Below are positions 55,782 to 64,000 of a DNA stretch of 64,000 nt, piece after piece; positions within the stretch are counted from its first letter, which is position 1; each line of letters opens with the position of its first letter. The stretch lies in the sequence record OZ346187.1. One strand, written 5' to 3'. Under the pieces are notes generated by a model. The model had not been told where the DNA came from. It was given only the letters and a program-made list of their open reading frames with translations, and ran no database searches. This DNA comes from a phage. The position numbers were made by a program, and so were the translations under genes.

Positions 55782-56099
55782 TCATTCTCTAAAGTCAATC
55801 TTTACTTTGCCTTTCCCCTTACCTTTCTTTCCACCGCATTTAGCCAGTTGACGTGCTGCAACATCTACCATACGGTCAGTTGCCTCGTAAGCATCACTGC
55901 CTTTAGCTTTGGCAATAACTTCTTTTCCAGAATTGTCAAAAATGAACGCCATAACTTCCTGGTGATCATTTTCAACTTTTACACTCACACGTGCATAGTT
56001 GGCAGAGGGATGCAAACGCTCCAGCTTAGACATTTTGTGGGAAATGAAAGACACCATACCTTCAGTGATTTCTACGTTGCCAGTGATTTCAATTTGCAT
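55782..56099 (-). CDS. hpf: ribosome hibernation promoting factor / RaiA-family protein (105 aa)
   Basis: MQIEITGNVEITEGM...KLERL...VSVKVEN...SGKEVIAKAKGSDAYEATDRMVDVAARQLAK aligns along its length with E. coli HPF (MQLNITGNNVEITEAL...VNGGEIHASAEGQDMYAAIDGLIDKLARQLTK); Lys/Gly-rich tail. Confidence 0.8.
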   Translation of the reverse strand: MQIEITGNVEITEGMVSFISHKMSKLERLHPSANYARVSVKVENDHQEVMAFIFDNSGKEVIAKAKGSDAYEATDRMVDVAARQLAKCGGKKGKGKGKVKIDFRE

Positions 56100-56181
56100 A
56101 ACGTGTTCCTTTTAAAGAAGAGGGAACCAAACCCTCTTTGAAAACAATGATACTAAATCTGAAGCGTTGTGTCAACAGTTT

Positions 56182-56472
56182 TTACAGATTGTTGTCGATA
56201 GTTTTTAAAATATCCACAGCAAGATCTGCCATTTTTCGAACATACTCTGCAAACTCAACAGGATCCTTGATCAAAGAATTCACAGGGTCGTACCCTAGAG
56301 CGTTCAAAATGGCTGCAGCATCTACAACCTTCTCATCATTTGCGAAGATCTCTCCATCAAACTTGTAGGTCCATTTTGAGTCAATCTTGGCAGGGAATGA
56401 TTGGTCAACGCTTGTTACACCATCCTTTTTAAACGCTCCGGTGTTATCAGTGTCTAGAACTAAATCCATCAT
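56182..56472 (-). CDS. hypothetical protein (96 aa)
   Basis: ORF in array. Confidence 0.4.
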   Translation of the reverse strand: MMDLVLDTDNTGAFKKDGVTSVDQSFPAKIDSKWTYKFDGEIFANDEKVVDAAAILNALGYDPVNSLIKDPVEFAEYVRKMADLAVDILKTIDNNL

Positions 56473-56489
56473 GTTAGTACCTCACCGTT

Positions 56490-56888
56490 TCAGTTTAGCT
56501 TTTCTTCAACAACCCCATAGCTCGGGACAGAGTCAAGAGCTTTCTGGTTTAAAAGTGGTGTAGCAGAATCTGCAAACGGTGTCCAAGTTTTTGTTCTGGC
56601 ATTCCAGTAATGCTTCACTCTGGAATCTGGATGCACTATAACAAAAACTTTTTCACTTGTCAACACATTAATTTCTTCTACACCCTTGCTGATAATTTCT
56701 CCGTCATAGCCACCAGTCTGGTATCCTTCGTACCAGGTTCTTGCATATGCATAGCCAGCCTGCCAGCATGCAGCCTCCTCCGAGGTGGAGACTACGTAGA
56801 AGTCTTTCTCAAATTCTGGGATACGCCCTTGCTTTACGCTCCAAGCTCCGCGAATTTTCATTGTAACTTTGAACAGTTTATTTTTCAC
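56490..56888 (-). CDS. HP-x-S...YW...WTP family protein, copy 2 (132 aa)
   Basis: Paralog of ORF 54288-54683. Confidence 0.45.
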   Translation of the reverse strand: MKNKLFKVTMKIRGAWSVKQGRIPEFEKDFYVVSTSEEAACWQAGYAYARTWYEGYQTGGYDGEIISKGVEEINVLTSEKVFVIVHPDSRVKHYWNARTKTWTPFADSATPLLNQKALDSVPSYGVVEEKLN

Positions 56889-56900
56889 AACGGTTACCCA

Positions 56901-57155
56901 TCACAGCTCTACAATCTCTGCATCTGACCCTGCCCCAAAGGCATAATAGGATTCTTCCCCGAAATAATATTCCGGTGCACCAGCAGCGATCAGGTCTGAT
57001 CCCAAGATAAACACCACGTTGTGGCCTACATAACTGTGATGTTGCCGCACAGGATCATCCCACGGCAACCCTTCAAAGTATACCGCAGGAACGACCTTTC
57101 CCTTCAGGAAGGATTGTCCCAAGTAGACGTTAGAATCAAGAATTTTAACCTTCAT
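56901..57155 (-). CDS. MKVK-family small acidic protein (84 aa)
   Basis: MKVKILD...GKV...GSDLIAAGA...EIVEL; family with 57145-57372 and 60786-61019. Confidence 0.45.
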   Translation of the reverse strand: MKVKILDSNVYLGQSFLKGKVVPAVYFEGLPWDDPVRQHHSYVGHNVVFILGSDLIAAGAPEYYFGEESYYAFGAGSDAEIVEL

Positions 57156-57372
57156 TCTCGTCCTCCACTATCTCTACATCCTCACCAAGGGCAAAGTTGT
57201 AGGTCCACTGGCTGTCAAAGCAGTCCTGAGATGCACCAGCGGAAATAAGATCTGCACCTTTTATTTTTAAAAGGTCAGGATAATCTTCGTTAGGGATAGC
57301 GGTAAACACTTTCCCCACTAAGGGCTCCTGACCAATATAGAAGCTTGAATCTAAAACTTTAACTTTCATCAA
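57145..57372 (-). CDS. MKVK-family small acidic protein (75 aa)
   Basis: MMKVKVLD...GKV...GADLISAGA...EIVED. Confidence 0.45.
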   Translation of the reverse strand: MMKVKVLDSSFYIGQEPLVGKVFTAIPNEDYPDLLKIKGADLISAGASQDCFDSQWTYNFALGEDVEIVEDENEG

Positions 57373-57656
57373 CGGTCTCCCTCAGGCGGTTGTGGGACGT
57401 AAACACTGTTACGAATATCGTCAGCAGTGTAGTAATAAGTGGTTCCAACCCTATCTCGGGCTGCAATGTACTCTGCTATACCAATAAGTGCCATTGATTT
57501 GGTGGCGTATCTTCCCCACTCGTTAGCTCCCCAGTAGAATTTAGACCAGTAGGGAATAATACCGAACAAATATACCTTTTGACGAACTTCCCAGTAAGTG
57601 CCTTTTCCGACAAGTTTAAACTCTACTTCACTACTGTTAATCTTTTTCATTATCAA
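57369..57656 (-). CDS. hypothetical protein (95 aa)
   Basis: ORF, Trp/Tyr-rich. Confidence 0.4.
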   Translation of the reverse strand: MIMKKINSSEVEFKLVGKGTYWEVRQKVYLFGIIPYWSKFYWGANEWGRYATKSMALIGIAEYIAARDRVGTTYYYTADDIRNSVYVPQPPEGDR

Positions 57657-57949
57657 TCTCCCTCTACCGTGGTCGGATTGTCAGTAAGAAATTGAGCATT
57701 GGCTGGAGGCACGCCTGACATTTTCCACACAACCATAAGTTTGTAACCAGGAACTCTATTAAGTGCAGATCGAGTAGAGTTTGTGCACGTATACTTTCGC
57801 TTTCCAAACCCGTTCTCCATCATAATCCAGTACCCAGTATCTTTGTCACCAGGTATCGGTAGACCACCTTCATCAACCCACTGAATGGACCACGGCACGA
57901 TGGCTACAGCTTTATATTTAAACTTTTTAAACCACTCAAAAAGTTTCAT
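57653..57949 (-). CDS. hypothetical protein (98 aa)
   Basis: ORF in array. Confidence 0.4.
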   Translation of the reverse strand: MKLFEWFKKFKYKAVAIVPWSIQWVDEGGLPIPGDKDTGYWIMMENGFGKRKYTCTNSTRSALNRVPGYKLMVVWKMSGVPPANAQFLTDNPTTVEGD

Positions 57950-58044
57950 AATTCAGCCTCGCATAGACATAATCACTATAAACAGGCAAACAATGAATCC
58001 GAATGCCACGCCACCCATAAACGTTAATATTGATGCAATCATAG

Positions 58045-58230
58045 TCAATCAGCCTCGCTTGGCAACTCTTCTACCTTAACATGCCGAAAAGTGTTACCGT
58101 AATGGTTGATCCATGACATCAGCTCGCTTTCTTGCTCTTCCTCTGGGATGAACTCTCGAATGCTGACAAGTTTTAAGAAAACCCAATCACAATCTGCACC
58201 CATTCTACCAGACAGGCAATAGTGCTTCAT
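58045..58230 (-). CDS. hypothetical protein (61 aa)
   Basis: ORF in array. Confidence 0.35.
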   Translation of the reverse strand: MKHYCLSGRMGADCDWVFLKLVSIREFIPEEEQESELMSWINHYGNTFRHVKVEELPSEAD

Positions 58231-58248
58231 AAAACCCCCCCACCTGGT

Positions 58249-58443
58249 TTAGAATATTGCTTCTTCCATTGCACCTGAGAGCAACAAAGAGGTGATCTGG
58301 CTAACATTCATCTCAGACTCTACTTCCTCCCCTTTGAAAGGTTCGCGGCAGAATAGGACTGTTTCAGGACTTTTACTTCGAACAATATAATACAAATCAT
58401 TCAATGTGTTGTAGTAATAAGTGTTAAAACGTAAGTTTTTCAT
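58249..58443 (-). CDS. hypothetical protein (64 aa)
   Basis: ORF in array. Confidence 0.35.
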   Translation of the reverse strand: MKNLRFNTYYYNTLNDLYYIVRSKSPETVLFCREPFKGEEVESEMNVSQITSLLLSGAMEEAIF

Positions 58444-58727
58444 TTTCTAGTCCCCTTCTTAGATTTTTGTGTAGAAACGCTTTCTGCAATACGAGACAAA
58501 CGTTCTTCTGAAGCCTTGCCTATTCCAGGTTTTTTGAGTGGGTTATCTTTATGACCACAATCCAATTGGATATTGGATACCTCTCCAACCTTGTAAGTCA
58601 ATTCTAGCAAAAGGTTGTCGTCCTTGTCAAATGTTCTTACGATAAATTTTTTATCGTTCTCCTGAACTTCGTATCGGGTACCCGCAGTATACAACATGGT
58701 GCCATCCGCATAGGATATCCAGATCAT
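58440..58727 (-). CDS. hypothetical protein (95 aa)
   Basis: ORF in array. Confidence 0.4.
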   Translation of the reverse strand: MIWISYADGTMLYTAGTRYEVQENDKKFIVRTFDKDDNLLLELTYKVGEVSNIQLDCGHKDNPLKKPGIGKASEERLSRIAESVSTQKSKKGTRK

Positions 58728-59071
58728 TGAACCTCCTTCTGCTGCAACAGCATTAACTCTTTGTTGGAGATTTTTACTGCTGTTTTTATTGTTCCATCTT
58801 CACGAAACCACGACCAGAACTCTACAGTGTCCCCACTGTCAAGCAAAGCATACCCGTGGTAGAAGTCTTTGTCCTTAGACAGTTTCTCATCTATGTCTGC
58901 ATCGACACATTCGTGATCCATAGCATTTTGCCTGAATGCATCGGTTATACCAATGCACGCCTTGCTCTCAAGACTGGTATATCCGATATCTTTTAATTCA
59001 GTTTCCCAAGTCCAGTACCCTATAAAAGCTAAAACAGCTACCCACATTAATAACGTTTTAATCTTTGGCAT
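58724..59071 (-). CDS. membrane-anchored protein (115 aa)
   Basis: N-terminal signal-anchor-like helix LLMWVAVLAFIGYWTW. Confidence 0.45.
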   Translation of the reverse strand: MPKIKTLLMWVAVLAFIGYWTWETELKDIGYTSLESKACIGITDAFRQNAMDHECVDADIDEKLSKDKDFYHGYALLDSGDTVEFWSWFREDGTIKTAVKISNKELMLLQQKEVQ

Positions 59072-59133
59072 TCTCTCTACCTCTTTCTTAGTTTATTTCA
59101 CTATGGCACATCCTTTGTGCCATATCTCAACCA

Positions 59134-59595
59134 CTACTTAAATAGTAGTCCAAAATAGTGCAAAATTAACAGAAGTTGAACTACACCTAGTGCAACGGCG
59201 AGTATGTTAATCTTAGAATCGAAAAACTTCTTAACTTTTACTCTAAAAGGTTCCTTAATGTCCTTTACGATCCTATTTATAGATGATTTCATATCCCTGA
59301 TTACCATCCTAAACATTAGAGACGGATCTTCCTTCTCTGTAATAGAATCGAAAACATACTCTCTTCGGTCATAAGGACCTCCAGATCTGCGTATTAACCT
59401 CTCCACAGAGACCTCGTACGACACACCTGTAACGTAATCATCTATGATAAGTAGTGACGGGTCTTTATCGTCCAAGGGTATTAAAGTTATCTTTCCAGAT
59501 TTTGTTAAAATTTCTCCTTTTTCAAGCAAGGTGTACCAATGCTCTCTACCAAGATTGTTGAGGCACGTTTTTACATATTTAACAAACATCGTCAC
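59134..59595 (-). CDS. C-terminally membrane-anchored protein (153 aa)
   Basis: C-terminal hydrophobic helix INILAVALGVVQLLLILHYFGLLF. Confidence 0.45.
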   Translation of the reverse strand: MTMFVKYVKTCLNNLGREHWYTLLEKGEILTKSGKITLIPLDDKDPSLLIIDDYVTGVSYEVSVERLIRRSGGPYDRREYVFDSITEKEDPSLMFRMVIRDMKSSINRIVKDIKEPFRVKVKKFFDSKINILAVALGVVQLLLILHYFGLLFK

Positions 59596-59777
59596 CCCTC
59601 ATAGCACGTCTGATATAACCACTCTATGAAATCTTGATACCATTCGCCCTCTGAGCGCTCCGTAGGCCAATAATCTTCACCCTCTCGTGCATTAAAATCT
59701 GAGTATTCAACTTTCCACTCCTTTACCAGCTCGTGGAGAAGGTTTTCAGCCTGCTCTAAAGATTTATTTTTTGCCAT
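59592..59777 (-). CDS. small acidic protein (61 aa)
   Basis: ATG at 59777 after AAGGAGA (track start 59795). Confidence 0.4.
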   Translation of the reverse strand: MAKNKSLEQAENLLHELVKEWKVEYSDFNAREGEDYWPTERSEGEWYQDFIEWLYQTCYEG

Positions 59778-59996
59778 TGCTGTCTCCTTTTTCAAGATAG
59801 TTATACATCAGAACTGCACCACCTAAGATGGCTACCAGTAACAATATCCCAGATAGCATCTCAATAAACATGGCTTGAAACACTGGAAGGTCTCCCTAAA
59901 TTAACGCACCATTTTAAATACATGCTCTTTTCCCATAAAGGTGCCTGGCTAAGATCTGCGTAGAACGCAATCTCTTTAAGAACAGTATAGATAGTT

Positions 59997-60223
59997 TTAG
60001 GTGCGGTCTCCATCCCTACTCTCCTTCCTGATATTCTTGTAGTAATCAACTAGGCACATTATTACGATGAAGATAACAACAGGCCAAAAAGGTGCAGCAG
60101 TGATGATGGTGATAAAATCATCAAACTTCACCCTTCGTCTGGACACGATGCATACACCTGTCAAGAATACCGCTGTTATAACGGACATTACCAGGTAACC
60201 TATTAGCACAACATTTATACTCA
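59997..60223 (-). CDS. small two-helix membrane protein, holin-like topology (75 aa)
   Basis: ATG at 60223 with GGGGAGG 4 nt upstream; two hydrophobic helices with Arg-rich loop and charged C-terminus. Confidence 0.4.
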
Positions 60224-60255
60224 TTGGTCCTCCCCTTTGTAGGTTAAATTGTATA

Positions 60256-60789
60256 CTACAAATGGTCGCTGAGGGTGTCAAGAAAATTATCCCGTTCTTT
60301 CTCAGAGTTTTCATGTGTGTAGCTGAAAAACATATCGAGAATAACCTTATTGATATATTCCAGCTCCTCTGTGTTCAGATGCTTAGCAGGATCTACAATG
60401 ACATCCCAAATATCATACAGACCACACTCATGATACCCATAACGCCACTCAATTGTCAAGCTGAGCGGCAAATCTTTACCGTCACAAACAACCTTCCATC
60501 TACATATGTTGGTATCTGGTCGTACCTGTGCACGGTACACCTGTACAAAATCCAATTTGAATTTGAGGTACTCGTCATACAATTTAAGCACAAAGCTCTC
60601 GATTTGTGGAGACACTTTTGCAGCAAACTGTGCGTATTTGTACTTGCACTGGATGATCTTTCTGCGTTTTGCAGTTAAATTTTTTGCCGCCAGTTGTTCT
60701 TCAGTGTATCTCCACCTACGATCAACAAACGCAACAGGGTCTTTGTCCCCATAGAGGTCTTCCCAGTTAATCAGAAGCATACCTGTCAC
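60256..60789 (-). CDS. hypothetical protein (177 aa)
   Basis: ORF in minus block. Confidence 0.45.
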   Translation of the reverse strand: MTGMLLINWEDLYGDKDPVAFVDRRWRYTEEQLAAKNLTAKRRKIIQCKYKYAQFAAKVSPQIESFVLKLYDEYLKFKLDFVQVYRAQVRPDTNICRWKVVCDGKDLPLSLTIEWRYGYHECGLYDIWDVIVDPAKHLNTEELEYINKVILDMFFSYTHENSEKERDNFLDTLSDHL

Positions 60790-61019
60790 TCCTCCACAAC
60801 TTCAAGGCCTTTACCGCCTCGCTCTGGCAGATTACTTAAAGATAGGTAATACATATAATCAGGAGAGATCCTGCCAGACTCTGCACCTGCAGCTAGTAAA
60901 TCCTTCCCTTTAACCAGGACAACATTCTCGTTTGCAGATAGCCGTTTTGCTTCCACAATTTTACCAACACAGTCAACCAAGGAAGGGTACCCTAAATCTG
61001 TAAGAAATTTAACTTTCAT
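60786..61019 (-). CDS. MKVK-family small acidic protein (77 aa)
   Basis: MKVKFLTDLGYPS...GKIV...GKDLLAAGA...EVVEE. Confidence 0.45.
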   Translation of the reverse strand: MKVKFLTDLGYPSLVDCVGKIVEAKRLSANENVVLVKGKDLLAAGAESGRISPDYMYYLSLSNLPERGGKGLEVVEE

Positions 61020-61056
61020 GCTACCTCCTACCTACCATCCCTGGTAAGATAAATTA

Positions 61057-61455
61057 TTACTGAACAGAGCGCGGTGCTGGGAAGGATAACTCTTCTAAAG
61101 AGAAGATTTCATTTCCTACCACCCAAGTTGCTGGGTCATCTGGATCAACAGGTTGGATAATCATTACCTCATCAGCCTCGCACACACGTTTCCCACCCAT
61201 AGTAGCGTCAGCCACTAACATACGCGGCTCTTCAGAAATGCACAGGTAGCCACCTCGGCCCACTGTTCCTTCCACGGGATCCTGCCCTTTGACCACAATG
61301 AATACCTTCTCTCCTGTGGCGATATTACTTTTCACACTAACAGTTTGACCAACTTTAGATGTACCGATCTTGGTGGCTTCAAACATTAAATCCCGAATTA
61401 CTGTTGCATAGTTGCCGGACACTTTCTTACCTTCTTTAGTAATCTCAATCTTCAT
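61057..61455 (-). CDS. hypothetical protein (132 aa)
   Basis: ORF in minus block; no confident family. Confidence 0.45.
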   Translation of the reverse strand: MKIEITKEGKKVSGNYATVIRDLMFEATKIGTSKVGQTVSVKSNIATGEKVFIVVKGQDPVEGTVGRGGYLCISEEPRMLVADATMGGKRVCEADEVMIIQPVDPDDPATWVVGNEIFSLEELSFPAPRSVQ

Positions 61456-61727
61456 AATCTAGGCTCCTTAAATGAATCTATGTAATCAATTAAATCCCAA
61501 GCATCGCGATGGGCTGTCAGAGGGTATACTTCTCCGAGAGGGATCATAGCAATAAGTCTATCAAAAACCCAGTCTGGACGCAACATTTTATGGTGATATT
61601 CCCACTCACCTTCCACAGATTTTTTCTGAGTTATCAGGATCTCTGTGTAGTGTTTCTCCTGTCTTGAGTAGATTGAAAATGACTTGTACATAAATGACCC
61701 CCTCTTGTTGAAAACAACAATACACAA
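61452..61727 (-). CDS. hypothetical protein (91 aa)
   Basis: ORF coupled to neighbour. Confidence 0.4.
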   Translation of the reverse strand: MCIVVFNKRGSFMYKSFSIYSRQEKHYTEILITQKKSVEGEWEYHHKMLRPDWVFDRLIAMIPLGEVYPLTAHRDAWDLIDYIDSFKEPRL

Positions 61728-62042
61728 CTACCAGGTTACTGTCAAGTAGGCAACCGTATTATTTTTCTCTGGGGAGATGCCAACAACATCTACCTGCAGA
61801 CCTCCTGCCCTTAAATCTCCAACAATGTGAGGGAAGTAATCTGAGAGATGCGAGGGTAGATTTATCGAAAATCCGCACCCCAGAAAGCCTGCTAACGCTT
61901 TATTTTGTATCTCCCCCACAATCGCATCATAAATGGAGTTAAGCTCGTCAGGGAGCGTTACAGGACGTTTTAGCGCTAACTGGTGTAATTTGTCCTTAGC
62001 ACTCATTTTCATTTCAGGTCTACCTCTGGAGGTGCCAACCAC
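61728..62042 (-). CDS. hypothetical protein (104 aa)
   Basis: ORF in minus block. Confidence 0.4.
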   Translation of the reverse strand: MVGTSRGRPEMKMSAKDKLHQLALKRPVTLPDELNSIYDAIVGEIQNKALAGFLGCGFSINLPSHLSDYFPHIVGDLRAGGLQVDVVGISPEKNNTVAYLTVTW

Positions 62043-62542
62043 ATAAACGGCGGCAAGTCTAAACGGTTTTTCTTATCCCACACAAAATATGCATATGCTT
62101 GCCCGTCAGTTCTGCCGTTTGATTGAAATGATGGACGCTTAGATATTGTGATCACAGTAGTAGGTGCATTATCAAGCCACCATTCAAATCTGGCTTTGCT
62201 TTCCAGAAAATTAAGACGCAAAAGCATAATAACTACGTCAGCATCTTTCAACGCCTTGTCTACAAACTCACGAGCCAGGCTGTATGGTGGGTTGGTGATA
62301 ATACAGTCAACATGGTTGTATTCTGTATTCAGATAGTCAACACCTTCTTGTATTTCTCCCCATGCAGATCCTAACGGCATACGGGAGTAGAACACACCTG
62401 AGGCACTATTCCTGCAAGGCTCTAAGTAGGTCCAGTCTTCTGGGAACGGAATAAGGTCATACAGCCCTTCTGCACACCACTCCGGTGTCACATACTCATC
62501 GTAGGCGTTACGTTGTTCATCAGGTTTTCGAGCACAAGTCAT
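62009..62542 (-). CDS. small phage Dam-type DNA N6-adenine methyltransferase-like protein (177 aa)
   Basis: Catalytic IITNPPYS (NPPY) motif with upstream YVTPEW...F segment, as in small phage Dam-family MTases. Confidence 0.55.
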   Translation of the reverse strand: MTCARKPDEQRNAYDEYVTPEWCAEGLYDLIPFPEDWTYLEPCRNSASGVFYSRMPLGSAWGEIQEGVDYLNTEYNHVDCIITNPPYSLAREFVDKALKDADVVIMLLRLNFLESKARFEWWLDNAPTTVITISKRPSFQSNGRTDGQAYAYFVWDKKNRLDLPPFMWLAPPEVDLK

Positions 62543-62554
62543 GCAAATCTCCAG

Positions 62555-62580
62555 ATCATAAAAGCCCTCCGAAGAGGGCT
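62555..62580 (-). other. hairpin between protease and MTase genes
   Basis: aaagccctc-cgaa-gagggcttt perfect 9-bp stem; weak U-tract. Confidence 0.35.
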
Positions 62581-62593
62581 TTAGAATTAATGT

Positions 62594-63643
62594 TTAAGCT
62601 TCTTCGACAATTCCTGCACCCAGGATTTTTTCATTGAGCTCTTTTGCTGTTTTAATAATATTGTCCACCAGACGCTTGCGAGTCTTATCTTTTACCTTAA
62701 CCTCTTCACCGCCGTTTAGGGTTGTCTTCAATTGGGACAAAATGTCTTGAAGTTCAACGACAGAGAATCGCTGCAGATCTTCTGAGGTAATCTCACCTAA
62801 GGCAATCTTAACGGTCTCACCACTTTCCATCTGCAGGTTCAGGAACACAGTGTGAACATCACCTTTCGAACCACCAGCTTTTGCAGATTCAACAGCATGA
62901 ACTAACTCATCTAAAGAGGTACACTGGTGAATCTCCGGGAGACCTGCTTCACCTAACACACCTTCTTCATCACCTTTTGCCAGAAGCTTTTTCGGTTTTT
63001 GTCCGTTCTGGATGCGTTGTATGTTACCTTCATCCAGAATGATAGCTCCAGTTCGAGCTGCCAGCTCCTCTCCGTCCAACCACACTTCACCACCAGCTGT
63101 GATGGATGCGATCTCATCTTCTGTCAGCACCCAACCGTAGTATTTTTCGATCAGGCGTTCGAAACGCTTTTTCCAGTAGCTGACCTGAGTATTCATGTTC
63201 ACACCGTTACCATAAGTGCCACCTTGATAGTAGTGGAACATAAATTCTGTGTCCGGAGCCACAGTACGTTCTTTGCAACCCAGCCATAAGATTGTTCCCG
63301 CAGAGCAGCACATCCCTTCCGCATGTGCAACAACGCTTGCCTGAGACTCGCGGAATGCCTGCAGATAAGCCATCGCAATGTGCACGCAACCACCAGGGCT
63401 GTTAATGATCACTCGAATGCTTTCTTCAGGCTGAGCCATACGGATCGTCTGCAGGCGAGACATATGATCCTGCAGGTCTTCCAAATCGTCGATATAAAGA
63501 ACGTGGTCAACAACAGGTGTTGGGTAGCTGTATGTCTCCATAATACCACCCGGCATACCGAACATTTTATTACTCATAGGTTCGAAACCGTTCTGTTTTT
63601 CTTTCATGCCGTGTACCATGGTGCTGCGAGGTGTTAAATTCAT
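62594..63643 (-). CDS. ClpP-family serine protease (prohead-protease-like) with about 120-aa C-terminal extension (349 aa)
   Basis: INSPGGCV, active-site-like GMCCSAGT (Ser), MFHYYQGG (His) and downstream Asp fit the ClpP/S14 triad arrangement. Confidence 0.75.
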   Translation of the reverse strand: MNLTPRSTMVHGMKEKQNGFEPMSNKMFGMPGGIMETYSYPTPVVDHVLYIDDLEDLQDHMSRLQTIRMAQPEESIRVIINSPGGCVHIAMAYLQAFRESQASVVAHAEGMCCSAGTILWLGCKERTVAPDTEFMFHYYQGGTYGNGVNMNTQVSYWKKRFERLIEKYYGWVLTEDEIASITAGGEVWLDGEELAARTGAIILDEGNIQRIQNGQKPKKLLAKGDEEGVLGEAGLPEIHQCTSLDELVHAVESAKAGGSKGDVHTVFLNLQMESGETVKIALGEITSEDLQRFSVVELQDILSQLKTTLNGGEEVKVKDKTRKRLVDNIIKTAKELNEKILGAGIVEEA

Positions 63644-63703
63644 GAGAAATCCTTAATATTGGAAGTTGAAAGCTATTTATTTAAACCTGATTCACATTTA
63701 CCT

Positions 63704-63949
63704 TTATTTAGCAATCACTAGTGAATACTTACGATTGTCAGAAGCATCACAGCTCAATGATTGCCAGTCTACCACATACCACGTATCATTGTCAACAATT
63801 ACTTTATCGCCTGTTCTGTAGCAGGTACTGCTTTCAATAATCCGAGACTCGATAAAGAATCTGTGTCGGCGCTCACGTAGCAACGCTAAGTTGATTATAT
63901 TACCACCGCTGTCCTTGATCCACACATTCTTGGATCCTTTATTTGCCAA
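63704..63949 (-). CDS. hypothetical protein (81 aa)
   Basis: ORF at window edge. Confidence 0.4.
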   Translation of the reverse strand: MANKGSKNVWIKDSGGNIINLALLRERRHRFFIESRIIESSTCYRTGDKVIVDNDTWYVVDWQSLSCDASDNRKYSLVIAK

Positions 63950-64000
63950 AATTGTCTCGCCGTTGTAGACAAACAGGCAGTATATTTTATTCAGTTTCTC

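Overview
This 64 kb window reads as part of a large tailed dsDNA phage genome (Caudoviricetes), densely coding in four co-directional blocks: (1) 1-14.3 kb, + strand, tail module with two paralogous fibre genes, a 581-aa fibre/spike-like protein and a giant 1875-aa protein carrying an Ig-like domain; (2) 14.4-21.3 kb, - strand, small genes plus a HAD-type phosphatase, a VWA/HExxH protein and an HNH-like nuclease; (3) 21.4-48.4 kb, + strand, replication/modification module (MoxR-like ATPase, SleB-like hydrolase, GHKL-type ATPase, Pif1-like helicase, beta-class and C5-like DNA methyltransferases, Toprim primase-helicase, intein-containing family-A DNA polymerase, SSB-like protein, macrodomain protein) with many small early genes behind sigma70-like promoters; (4) 50.3-64 kb, - strand, an array of small acidic paralogous proteins, a ribosome hibernation factor (HPF/RaiA) homologue, tiny hydrophobic peptide ORFs, a Dam-like methyltransferase and a ClpP-family protease. 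Blocks 3 and 4 converge on about 1.8 kb of non-coding DNA holding a roughly 170-bp imperfect inverted repeat and iteron-like direct repeats. No tRNA, rRNA or CRISPR array was recognised by eye. All calls come from motif reading of the supplied translations; no database search was run, so family assignments are hypotheses. The track uses GTG/TTG as well as ATG starts, so several starts were moved to an in-frame ATG with a Shine-Dalgarno sequence. The candidates I would prioritise as possibly novel are the phage-encoded HPF homologue within a duplicated small-gene module, the DarG/TARG1-type macrodomain, the inverted-repeat/iteron region, and the split MoxR-VWA pair.
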